Shown here in pieces: positions 30,328-39,700 of a stretch of DNA of 64,000 nt. Position numbers and translations under genes: made by a program. A model generated the notes under the pieces. It saw only the letters and a list, made by a program, of their open reading frames with translations. It was not told where the DNA came from and ran no database searches. How positions within the stretch are numbered: the stretch's first letter is position 1; the number at the start of each line of letters is the position of its first letter. Source of the stretch: an uncultured Verrucomicrobiae bacterium (GTDB taxonomy: Bacteria > Verrucomicrobiota > Verrucomicrobiia > Chthoniobacterales > UBA10450); assembly GCA_963735805.1 (NCBI GenBank), contig CAVTMK010000002.1:448001-512000 (forward strand). The letters run 5' to 3'.

Positions 30328-31251
30328 ATGACTCCATTGATGTTCAAATTTAAGAAAGTAACTCCACTCTGTCTAATTGTCTTCGCCGTTTGCTGCATTG
30401 TGGTTTCGCCAAAAGTGCAAGCTATCGATCCAGCGCCAGACGGCGTTTCAGTCGATGGAGTATTTGACTCCGACGAAGAAAGTCCATCAATAATCCCCAC
30501 TCCTACGCCTTATGATTTCAACCTTGATCGTCATCCCGATTTCGTGCTCGGCACGATGCTCGGCGCAACCGCCATTTGGTATTTGAATAACAACGTATAC
30601 CTGCGCAACGCTCAAGGTCCAACGCTGGGCGGCGTTTACTGGCAATTGGCTGGTGTGGCGGACTTTAACGGCGATGGTCGTCCTGACTACGTCTTGTTCA
30701 TTGAAAATACGCGCCAGATCGCGATCTGGTATCTCAACGACAACATTCGCGTTTCTGGCCTGTACGTCCCGACACTTGTTTCGCCCGGCTGGGCATTGGT
30801 TGCAGTGGGAGACTTCAGCGGCGACGGCAAGCCTGATTGTGTGCTTTACAACGCTACTACTCATCAAACTGAGATCTGGTATATGAGCAACAACATTCGC
30901 CGAACCACTGGGCCTGGGCCGACTCTGCCATTTTCGTGGCAGCTAGTCGGGGTGGCGGATTTTGATAAGGACGGTCATGCTGATTACCTTCTTTTCAATT
31001 CGAGTACGCGTCAGACTGCGATCTGGTATATGTCTGGTCGGTCGGTTCTACGTACGGCATTGGGTCCGACGATTGAGATCGGTTACCAATTAAAGGGTGC
31101 TGCCGATTATGATGGAGATGGCTATCCTGATTACGTGTTGTTCGGCCGTCAAACGCGTCGGACTGCGATCTGGTATCTGACTGACAATGTTCTCAGGGCC
31201 ATGGCCAATGGCCCGACTATTGAAAGTCCCTGGCGGCTATTGCAGCCATAA
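30328..31251 (+). CDS. Secreted FG-GAP/VCBS repeat beta-propeller protein
   Basis: Signal peptide ending VQA; five repeats of DF(N/S/D)xDGxxDxVL...TAIWY(L/M)...GPT. Confidence 0.88.
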   Translation: MTPLMFKFKKVTPLCLIVFAVCCIVVSPKVQAIDPAPDGVSVDGVFDSDEESPSIIPTPTPYDFNLDRHPDFVLGTMLGATAIWYLNNNVYLRNAQGPTLGGVYWQLAGVADFNGDGRPDYVLFIENTRQIAIWYLNDNIRVSGLYVPTLVSPGWALVAVGDFSGDGKPDCVLYNATTHQTEIWYMSNNIRRTTGPGPTLPFSWQLVGVADFDKDGHADYLLFNSSTRQTAIWYMSGRSVLRTALGPTIEIGYQLKGAADYDGDGYPDYVLFGRQTRRTAIWYLTDNVLRAMANGPTIESPWRLLQP

Positions 31252-31334
31252 GCAAATTGTAGAAGTGCGTCTTCCCGGTCGCGCACGCATCGCTGGCGGC
31301 GGCGAGCGTGGCGAACATTGAGAATTGTTTCATA

Positions 31335-31559
31335 TCAGATCTGGGCTTCGCAGCGGCCAGCGGTTGCCAGCGATTTGTTAGATGGTTTTGCGTTGCCTCG
31401 CCTTATGCTCTCGCGCCTTCTCCTTCTTTCTCGCGAGCCATCGCAGTTTCTTGGCCCAGTGCCAGACCACTTCGGATCATCTGCATTCTTTCGGTGTCCA
31501 ATCTGGTCGACGGTGGCATCGGCAGCGGCGTGAAGCTCGTCTGTCGCAAATTTGCGCAT
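31335..31559 (-). pseudogene. Small hypothetical ORF, probably frameshifted
   Basis: MRKFATDELHAAADATVDQIGHRKNADDPKW looks protein-like and then degenerates. Confidence 0.3.
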
Positions 31560-31607
31560 CCCGTATAGGCCATCGAGTCGGCTTGGAGTGAGTTTGCTAT
31601 CCAATGA

Positions 31608-31636
31608 GAATTAGATTGCAACTTGCAATCTAATTC
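31608..31636. promoter_or_regulatory. Perfect 29-bp palindrome (14-bp arms, 1-nt spacer)
   Basis: GAATTAGATTGCAA-C-TTGCAATCTAATTC; the palindrome is certain, the regulatory role is inferred. Confidence 0.6.
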
Positions 31637-31671
31637 CTGGTCTTCCGAGGAAGAAGCGCGCAAAGGGTTGC

Positions 31672-31852
31672 CTACTCTCCCAATTCTAGAAACGCCGTCG
31701 GCTTTTCATCGGCGTGCAAACGAATCGCTTTCCGTTGTCGCGTTGTGCGTTAACGATCCAGATCGTGCGCCCGTTCGAATCAATCGCCGAGACGCAGCCT
31801 CAACTCCTACCGGCTTTATAAGTTCGTCGGCGATGATTTCCCACTACTTCAT
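31672..31852 (-). pseudogene. Pseudogene of a small hypothetical protein
   Basis: MK*WEIIADEL/KAGRS*GCVSAIDSNGRTIWIVNAQRDNGKRFV/HADEKPTAFLEL with 2 stops and 2 frameshifts; ATGA-coupled to the upstream ORF. Confidence 0.6.
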
Positions 31853-32064
31853 GTTGATTCGATTCTGCGGTTTTCTTCCGTCCAGTCCGGGCACATGGTT
31901 TCGCTTGGAAAATTACGGGCGACCTTCCCGGAGTTGGCATCTTGGACAATTTCCAATGCTTCCTCGAATGAATATCGTCCGGCATCGGCGAGGCGATTCG
32001 TGTATCCGTGACGGTTTGGCTTCGACCACCCGCCATAATCGCTAGACCATATTAGCCAGTTCAT
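31849..32064 (-). CDS. Small phage-type hypothetical protein
   Basis: WLIWS...W.KPNRHGYT..LADAGRYSFEEALEI, a pattern I recall from small phage proteins. Confidence 0.6.
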   Translation of the reverse strand: MNWLIWSSDYGGWSKPNRHGYTNRLADAGRYSFEEALEIVQDANSGKVARNFPSETMCPDWTEENRRIEST

Positions 32065-32390
32065 TCTCCGCGTTTTAATGGTGGAGGTTCGCCATTATAG
32101 TGAAGACGCGCCACCACTGCAATTCAGTACCAGATTCGTGGGTCTGAGGTGAACCATAAAATTAAGGGGTGCCATTCAGCGGTTTCGGAAAACTTGGTTT
32201 ATCCGTTTCCGTAGAAGTACCTTGGATAGGCAGTGTTTCATTCACACGCAGCGCTTCACGCTTGGAGCTTGGTCGTGCGTCTGGAGAGACGCAAGATCCT
32301 AGCAGCGTACCCGCAGAGGAGTGAAAGCTCTGATGCGCGCAGCAGAACAGATTGGAGCGCCGAAGCGCCCTATCGTGACTTGGGGACACT

Positions 32391-33008
32391 ATGAACAAGA
32401 AGAAGATCGAGACGCACAAGATAGGGCTGGTCGGCCAAGCACCTTCGCGACGCGGTGACCCGCGCAAACCACTCGCCGGCCCGAACGGCCGGAAGATTGC
32501 GCGGCTCGCCGGAATGAGCTACGACGAGCTGATCGCGTGTCGGCGGAAGCACCTGAATACACACTACGACGGGACGCGTGGCAAAGGCGACGCGTTCGAC
32601 CATCCGAAAGGCAATATCAACGCCGCCAACGTCCTATTGGACTGGCGCGTGGAGCGCATTGTCCTGCTCGGTAAGAATGTCGCTCGTTGCTTCGGCTTCC
32701 GCGAATTGCCTTTTCTGGCGGAGATAAGCATTTATGGACGCAGGTTTTTGATCTTTCCACATCCTTCCGGCATCAATCGATGGTGGAACGAACGACGAAA
32801 CGAACGACGCGCTCGACAACTTTTGCAGCGATTCCTACGGGGCGAGACGATTCGGGATGGATTCCGAAAGAGTGGAAATTCCACTGCCCCGCGGTCGCAG
32901 AGGAACTCGACCGGCGCGGCCGCGAACGGTTCCCGTGGTACGATCTCGCGGCGCAGCCTGTGGCGTACTTCTCGCCATTCACCGGTGCCGAAGAATCGCC
33001 GAAGATAG
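32391..33008 (+). CDS. Uracil-DNA glycosylase superfamily protein (divergent)
   Basis: Motif A-like LVGQAPS, NT, IVLLGKNVA and motif B-like FPHPSGINRWWN, in UDG order. Confidence 0.72.
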   Translation: MNKKKIETHKIGLVGQAPSRRGDPRKPLAGPNGRKIARLAGMSYDELIACRRKHLNTHYDGTRGKGDAFDHPKGNINAANVLLDWRVERIVLLGKNVARCFGFRELPFLAEISIYGRRFLIFPHPSGINRWWNERRNERRARQLLQRFLRGETIRDGFRKSGNSTAPRSQRNSTGAAANGSRGTISRRSLWRTSRHSPVPKNRRR

Positions 33009-33059
33009 TCGATTAGGGGCCCTTGGCTTCATCGGCTGATTAGATGACATGTATCGAAG

Positions 33060-33190
33060 TCGTTCTTCGAAGAAATCATGTGCTTTGCGTCAGAGACTTT
33101 GGTGTACCACAGCGCGCCGAACGGCAGAGCGTCGGAGATCAGGTCGAAGCCGCGTTTATCTTAGCGCGGGCGGATTTCGTACTCCTGGAT
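33060..33190 (-). pseudogene. Remnant of small hypothetical protein
   Basis: EYEIRPR*DKRGFDLISDALPFGALWYTKVSDA, with internal stop and no intact start. Confidence 0.5.
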
Positions 33191-33198
33191 CGCGAACT

Positions 33199-33654
33199 TC
33201 AAAAATCAACCAGCCCAAAACGCTGTGCAATCTCGCGAGAATTTTCGTCGCTTCGCAGAGCGGCTTTCAGTTGACCTGTGAAGTCCTGCTCCAGCGGATC
33301 AACGATTGAATGGTACGCCTTTTCGGCAGCATTCGGGTCCTGATTGCGGGCGCGTACGTATGCCGCATACGCATCGCTTCGCGCTTGGCTGTATTTAATA
33401 ACCGATTGCGCCACGAGACGCCAAGGGCTCTCTTTCGCATCCGGCGTGTTTAAATACTGATCCGCCGCTCCTGCCGCTTGCTGTGCCAGCCAAATCTCGC
33501 GGGTTTGACACGCATTGCTGCTCACCTCGCAAGGCATTGTTGAGCGCCACGCCTGCTCGAATTGGCCTAACGCCTGGAGCATCGTGTCTTTCTCATCCGC
33601 CCATGCTAGCGCAGGCATCAACAGAATCAGGGCTGGGAGTGCTAATCGTTTCAT
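33199..33654 (-). CDS. Secreted helical hypothetical protein
   Basis: Signal peptide MKRLALPALILLMPALAWA; helical composition, two Cys. Confidence 0.7.
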   Translation of the reverse strand: MKRLALPALILLMPALAWADEKDTMLQALGQFEQAWRSTMPCEVSSNACQTREIWLAQQAAGAADQYLNTPDAKESPWRLVAQSVIKYSQARSDAYAAYVRARNQDPNAAEKAYHSIVDPLEQDFTGQLKAALRSDENSREIAQRFGLVDF

Positions 33655-33725
33655 AATTGGCATTGAATCACGAAGCGTCGCATGTTGCAAAGCTGTACAG
33701 GGTTCATCGATAAGCTGGCGCAACC

Positions 33726-33917
33726 CTAATCACGGGAAGGACGCTTCGGACTTTGCTTCCCGATGATTCTTGGAATGTGAGGCTTTGGCTTGTGGTCTGT
33801 CACGTGGAGAATCACTTCCCGAAGTTCACGTTTGTCCACGAGCTCGCCGCATTTTGGGCTCTGAAAGAAGTTTTCTTTTTCTTCCGGCGACAGCTCTTCG
33901 TATTCGGCAAGTGTCAT
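33726..33917 (-). CDS. Small hypothetical protein, degenerate zinc-ribbon-like
   Basis: EYEELSPEEKENFFQSPKCGELVDKR...H (SxxC where CxxC would be expected). Confidence 0.5.
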   Translation of the reverse strand: MTLAEYEELSPEEKENFFQSPKCGELVDKRELREVILHVTDHKPKPHIPRIIGKQSPKRPSRD

Positions 33918-33983
33918 TTTCTAGCCTTAAACTCTGAAAAAGTAGTTCGGTTTCGTGGCTGTTTTGACGCCAAAACGTCGATA

Positions 33984-33997
33984 TGTTCAACGGAACA
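33984..33997. promoter_or_regulatory. LexA (SOS) box, Verrucomicrobia type
   Basis: TGTTC-AACG-GAACA is an exact TGTTC-N4-GAACA match, between divergent ORFs and 14 nt downstream of TTGACG (33964-33969). Confidence 0.6.
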
Positions 33998-34000
33998 GTC

Positions 34001-34272
34001 ATGCGCGCCGGCCGCGTTCAAGGTGCGCTGAAACGAGTCACTGCGGCGATACGTGACGTCGAGTCCAAGGTTGCGGCGATGAAAGCCGAACAGGACCCGC
34101 TGGCGCCGCACATTTTTTCCACGCCGTCATTATCGGAACATTCAGGGCACAAAAAGCGGAAAGCGCAGCGAATAAACAGCCCGGTTGCGTTTCAATACTG
34201 CTTGCAAGCTAGGCTTTCGCGGCAGCATCGACGAGTGGGAACGCCTCATGCGAGCAGTTGCGAGGCGGTGAA
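34001..34272 (+). pseudogene. Frameshifted small hypothetical gene
   Basis: MRAGRVQGALKRVTAAIRDVESKVAAMKAEQDPLAPHIF continues in a shifted frame as RRHYRNIQGTKSGKRSE*TARLRFNTACKLGFRGSIDEWERLM. Confidence 0.5.
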
Positions 34273-34511
34273 CGATTTCGGCACGTCTATTGGATCTACC
34301 TTGGAACATCACAGGATGCTACGGCTGTAGGATTCCGTCTGGTCAGAAAATCATCCGCCAGCCCAATTGCATCTGTTCAATAATCAAACCAGATTTTTCA
34401 CTCACCCTCCAAAGGAGGCAAAGGCGTTTTTGGGTGCGCCTCGACTAATCAACGGCGGGTTGGGAGCTTCCCGACGCTCTTCCTGTCGACAACATTAGAT
34501 TGAAAAATAAG

Positions 34512-34856
34512 ATGGCTCGCTTAATTCTGAATTGCGAAGGAGTTGGTCTCATAATGCGTGAGTTGGGTCGCGACATTGTAATGATTGGCCGTTCCCCATC
34601 GAACCAGATAGTCATTGATCATTCGACGGTATCAGCGCAGCATGCCGTGCTTCTGAGAACGGGTGCGTCCTATTCGCTGAAGGATTTAAATTCAGCGAAT
34701 GGGACAAGGATCAATGGCGATTTTGTCACTGATGCTGAGCTGAAGGACGGTGACACAATACGATTCGGTTCCGTCACAGCGGTTTTTGCAGGCGTTTATC
34801 GCAAGCCGCGGTCTAGCAACGGGATTAGAAAATTCTGGATGAGTATTTCGAGCTAA
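34512..34856 (+). CDS. Stand-alone FHA domain protein
   Basis: IGRS, VSAQHA, DLNSANGTRING, LKDGDTIRFG. Confidence 0.9.
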   Translation: MARLILNCEGVGLIMRELGRDIVMIGRSPSNQIVIDHSTVSAQHAVLLRTGASYSLKDLNSANGTRINGDFVTDAELKDGDTIRFGSVTAVFAGVYRKPRSSNGIRKFWMSISS

Positions 34857-35440
34857 AGGGAGAAAATTTGTCTTGCCGATTGCACTAGGAACGCCTCCGC
34901 CAACAGCCGTCCATGCCTTCGGTCCCCTAGATGTAGGAGCCGTGGCATTGACTCATCGGGCAGCGTAAAAACTGCCCGGTTCTTTTGCATGCTCAAGAAG
35001 ACCGTCGCGCCACAAGGGAGCAGTCGAAACCTTATTAGAACTGATGTCCTGGTGGCGCGTTTCAGCGGACGATCTGCGACAGTCGGCTGCGAGGGCCAGG
35101 ATTGAACGGGGACTAAACCAAGCCGGCGAAGTGAAAAATGACCCGCGATGAGTAAAATGTGGTTGACCGTTTGGCTGAGAGCCGGATAGCCTGAAAGTTC
35201 CTCCAGGGGGGAGCGCCGGGATAGCCACCGTTTCATGTCACCCGACGCTCCCCGCTCACCTCACTCCGTACGCAGGTAACGGCGTCCAATGAACGGTTAC
35301 TGACGAGTAACCTTTCGATTGTTGGGATCTCGGGAGTGTCACTCGTAACTTGGACTTCAGCGGACGTAGGCGAATTGCCTGAACTCGTTATACCGAAATG
35401 TTATGCATTCGGGCTCTCGGAGTCGATTTTACGAATGAAA

Positions 35441-35527
35441 CGGAAGGGGTGGGATTCGAACCCACGGTGGGTTTCCCCACGCTCGATTTCGAGTCGAGTG
35501 CCTTAAACCGGACTCAGCCACCCTTCC
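35441..35527 (-). tRNA. tRNA-Ser(CGA)
   Basis: Reverse complement GGAAGGGTGGCTGAGTCCGGTTTAAGGCA-CTCGA-CT-CGA-AA-TCGAG, long variable arm, GGTTCGAATCC-CACCCCTTCC-G; CCA not encoded. Confidence 0.96.
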
Positions 35528-35624
35528 AATTGCTCGACATTGTCGATCTTATTTTGGGATGCGCAATGCTCAGGCCGCCCAGCGTTTGCAAAGGCAACGC
35601 CGCACGCGAGCGTTCAATAACGCG

Positions 35625-36521
35625 ATGGACATTACACTCACCGATGGCGGGATTGAGACGCGAATCATTTACGATTTCAAACGCCCAATTGGTGACTTTG
35701 AGGCGTACAGGCTCCTGGCAGACGAAGCGGGCCGCGATATTCTGCGGCGAATTTACCAAAGCTATGCTGAAGTATCAGCTCGACACGGTTTGCCGATCCA
35801 GCTTGGGACGCCCACGTGGCGAGCCAGCCGTAACTGGACAAGGGATGTTCACGGTGTGAATGCCGCTGCGGTGGAATTGCTGCGCACTATTGTGCAGCCG
35901 TTTGCTGATATGCACGTCATCCTTACAGGTGTGATCGGACCGGCATCAGATGGTTACGCGACGGGCGAAGCCCTGAGTGCCGACGCTGCCTTTGCTTACC
36001 ATCGAGACCAAGCCAATGTCTTTGCGCGGCTAAATGTCGATCTTCTCTACGCACCGACGTTTCCAACATTTTCGGAGCTGTCCGGCGTTGCCCGCGCCAT
36101 GGCGGAAACTGGCTGTCCATATTCGTTGGCGCCGATGCTGCACCCGGAGGGCACAATGCTCGATGGAACGCCGTTGGCGGATGCAATCACGCGAATCGAC
36201 ACCGGGATATTTCCGGCTCCGCGTTACTACATGATCGGTTGCCTTTATCCGACACACGCCCAAACGGCGTTGCGGGCATTGGGCGCTGCTCAGCCGAGTC
36301 TCATCAAGCGCGTTCGTGGATTAAAAGCGAACTCTTCACCGCTCCCACCCGAAGAGCTCGACAAACTGAAGCATTTGGCTGCGACCGACGTTCACATTTG
36401 GGTTCGGGACGAATTGACGTGCGCGCGAGAGTTCAATCTCTCCATTCTGGGTGGCTGTTGCGGAACCGACGAGCGTTACATTGACGCTTTGGCGATGGCT
36501 GCGACCAGCAAGATGGAATAA
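35625..36521 (+). CDS. Homocysteine S-methyltransferase family protein (stand-alone)
   Basis: LTDGGIET, GVIGP, IGC and C-terminal Zn-binding GGCCGT. Confidence 0.88.
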   Translation: MDITLTDGGIETRIIYDFKRPIGDFEAYRLLADEAGRDILRRIYQSYAEVSARHGLPIQLGTPTWRASRNWTRDVHGVNAAAVELLRTIVQPFADMHVILTGVIGPASDGYATGEALSADAAFAYHRDQANVFARLNVDLLYAPTFPTFSELSGVARAMAETGCPYSLAPMLHPEGTMLDGTPLADAITRIDTGIFPAPRYYMIGCLYPTHAQTALRALGAAQPSLIKRVRGLKANSSPLPPEELDKLKHLAATDVHIWVRDELTCAREFNLSILGGCCGTDERYIDALAMAATSKME

Positions 36522-36574
36522 TCGTTCCTGGGGCAAAAAATGTCACAATTTTAGGCTTGCCATGCCTTTCCATG

Positions 36575-36622
36575 GGACTGCATATTGTATGTCCCAAGGA
36601 CAGCCAACGCTATTACTTGTTG
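36575..36622 (+). promoter_or_regulatory. Tandem NrdR boxes
   Basis: GGACTGCATATTGTAT (36575-36590) and ACGCTATTACTTGTTG (36607-36622) resemble acaCwAtATaTwGtgt; 32 bp apart, upstream of an RNR gene. Confidence 0.7.
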
Positions 36623-36705
36623 TTCACCAGGATTCACAAGTTGTTTGCGCCGCTGTTCACAAGTATTCGCATCTTATTGAAAACTTCAACCCCTCCCTCA
36701 CCGCC

Positions 36706-39700
36706 ATGATTCAGCTAAAACCGGGAATTCCGCCTGCCTCACTAAAAGGACCACACGAACCGGCCGTGCCCCGAAGAAGCAAGGCCGACAAAAAGAAAAA
36801 GTCCGGTCTGCGTTTTGAGCGCGTATTCAGCGAGGGCGCTGTTGCGCCATTTGATCAAGTTGAATGGGAACAACGCACCGCGGAAATCACGGATGACGGT
36901 GGCAAAGTGATTTTTAAGCAGGAGGACATCGAAGTCCCCAAAAGCTGGAGCGCGCTTGCGACCAAGATAGCTGTCTCGAAATATTTTTACGGCGACATCG
37001 CGAACGGCACCGATCCATACAAAGGCGGACGAGAAACCTCAGTGCGACAACTGATTCATCGAGTTACGCGCACGATTGCCGATTGGGGGCTGGCAGACGG
37101 TTACTTCGCGGACGCGGAAGCTGCGGAAGTTTTTTACGACGAACTGACCTGGCTTTGCTTGAACCAGTACGGCGCATTCAATTCACCGGTCTGGTTCAAC
37201 GTCGGCTTGTATCATCAATATGGCGTCGGCAAAGGCGCTGGGGCCGGTAATTATTTCTACAATCGAGAGACCGGCAAAGCCGAGCGCGCCGCGTCGCAAT
37301 ACGAGTATCCGCAGGGAAGTGCATGTTTCATCCAGAGTGTACACGACACGATGGAAGACATCATGCGGTTGGCGACCAGCGAAGCGATGCTTTTCAAGTA
37401 TGGCAGTGGCACCGGCACCGATCTTTCTTCGCTCAGGTCAACAAGAGAAAAATTGAGCGGCGGCGGCAAGCCCAGCGGACCGCTCTCCTTTCTGAAAGTT
37501 TACGACCAGGTCGCGAATGTGGTGAAGAGCGGCGGCAAAACGCGGCGTGCCGCGAAAATGAACACACTCAAGGATTGGCACCCGGACATCGAAGAATTCA
37601 TCGACGCGAAACAGAAAGAAGAGAAGAAGGCGTGGGCGCTTATCGAGCAGGGCTACGATGGCAGTTACAACGGCGATGCATACGGCTCAGTCATGTATCA
37701 AAACGAAAATGTGAGCGTGCGTGTCAGCGATGAATTCATGGAGGCGGCGTTGGAAGGCCGCGAATGGTGGACGCGCCGGGTAACGGACAGCAAACCGTGC
37801 GAACGCAAAGAAGCGCGCACGCTGTTACGCAAGATCGCCGAAGGAACATATATCTGTGGCGACCCTGGAATGCAGTTCGACTCCACGATACACAAATGGC
37901 ACACCTGCAAAGGCACGGCTCGTCAGAATTCCACGAACCCATGCTCGGAATATCTCTTTCTTGATAACACCGCATGCAATCTGGCTTCGCTGAATTTGAT
38001 GAAATTTAAGACACCGGAGGGTGACTTTGATGTCGAGCGTTTCAAGTCGGCGGTGCGCATTTTCATCACGGCGCAAGAGATCATCGTTGATAATGCCAGT
38101 TACCCGATCAAAGAAATCGCGGAGAACTCGCATATTTTCCGCACCCTCGGACTTGGCTATGCGAACCTCGGATCGCTCATCATGAGCTACGGTTTCGGCT
38201 ACGATAGTGTCGAAGGCCGGGCGCTCTGTGGCGCGATCACCGCTATTATGACCGGTGAAGCGTACGAGCAAAGCGCACGATTGGCTCGGGCTATGGCTCC
38301 GTTTCCAGGTTATCGCGACGCGCGCGCCAGCGGAGTGCCGAAGCCAGTCGCCAAAGACAACGTCCCATCGATGCTGGAAGTGATTGAATTGCACCGGGGC
38401 GCCGTCTGCGAAATCTCGGATGCGAAGGAATTCGCGCATTTGAAAAAAGAAGCCGCAAAAGTCTGGGACAGCGCGGCGGAACTTGGAAAGCGCTACGGTT
38501 ATCGAAACGCGCAAGTCACTGTGCTGGCGCCGACAGGCACGATCAGTTTCCTGATGGATTGCGACACGACAGGGATTGAGCCGGACATTGCGCTGGTGAA
38601 ATACAAACTGCTCGCGGGCGGCGGGATGCTCAAAATTGTCAACCAAACGATTACACCCGCGTTAGAGAAACTCGGTTACACTTCCGAAGAAATCGAGCGC
38701 ATCATCGCGCATATTGACGCGTTCGACACCATCGAGGATGTCACCGATACCGATGGATCGACAATTTCATCGGGATTGAAGCCGGAGCACTTGCCAGTAT
38801 TCGATTGCGCGTTCAAGCCGTTCAAAGGCGAGCGCAGTCTCAATTACCTGGCGCACCTGCGAATGATGGCCGCAGCGCAGCCATTTCTCAGCGGCGCAAT
38901 TTCGAAGACCGTTAACATGCCCGAAGCCGCCACGGTGGACGACATCATGAACACCTACGTCGAAGGGTGGCGCCTCGGTTTGAAATCGGTGGCGATTTAC
39001 CGGGAGGGATCGAAACGATCCGCGCCACTAAACACCCGGAAGACAAAAGACATGGGTGCTGTAGCCGGCATCGATAATGCCGGTTCTCTTGACGCGACCG
39101 ACACCGACGCATTGCAGAAACGCATTCTCGAACTGGAACAGGAAGTGGCGTCGTTGCGTGGCCTGGTCGATCAACCGGTGCGGCACCGCATGACCGACAC
39201 CCGCATGTCGCTCACCCACAAGTTTGAGATCGCCGGTCACGAAGGTTATATCACCGTCGGCCTCTTCGCCGACGGTCAGCCCGGCGAGCTTTTCATCACC
39301 ATGTCCAAAGAAGGCAGCACCATCGGCGGATTGATGGATACAGTTGGCACGCTGACGTCCATCGCCCTGCAGTACGGTGTGCCGCTCGAAAGCCTGATCA
39401 AGAAGTTTGCTTACCAGCGATTTGAGCCGAGCGGTTTCACAAAGAACCCCGATATCCGCCACGCCACCAGCATCACTGATTACGTGTTTCGTTGGCTAGG
39501 GTGCCAGTTCATTAAGGGTTATAAGGAAGCCACTTCGCCCAACCGAGGCCAGCCGGACCTGCCGCTCAAGGAGATTCTCGAGATCGAGAAGAAGGCCGTT
39601 AACCGACCGGTCTCGGATTTAGCACGCACAGCCGAGAAAGAAGTGATCGACGTCATCACAAATCATCCACCGGGCGATTCCGAGTCTGGCCGACAGAATG

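Larger units (their letters stand above)
29862..35463. mobile_element. Decayed genomic island integrated at tRNA-Ser(CGA); no integrase visible
   Basis: Flanked by an exact 23-bp direct repeat of the tRNA 3' end; interior has low coding density, small ORFs and frameshifted remnants. Confidence 0.8.

Noticed and set aside
34853..35236. Integrase remnant next to the tRNA
   Set aside because: AVFTLPD...DRR..RLLAEAF is faintly like an arm-binding N-terminus, but no catalytic R-H-R-Y motifs were found
35380..35412. dif/XerCD site
   Set aside because: TTATG half present, but no XerC-type arm at 6-bp spacing
35398..35859. 153-aa ORF overlapping the tRNA
   Set aside because: Translation of the tRNA antisense strand (EGVGFEPT), a common artefact
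36451..36705. 85-aa N-terminal extension of NrdJ given in the ORF track
   Set aside because: Overlaps the upstream gene and the NrdR boxes; the downstream ATG at 36706 is more plausible
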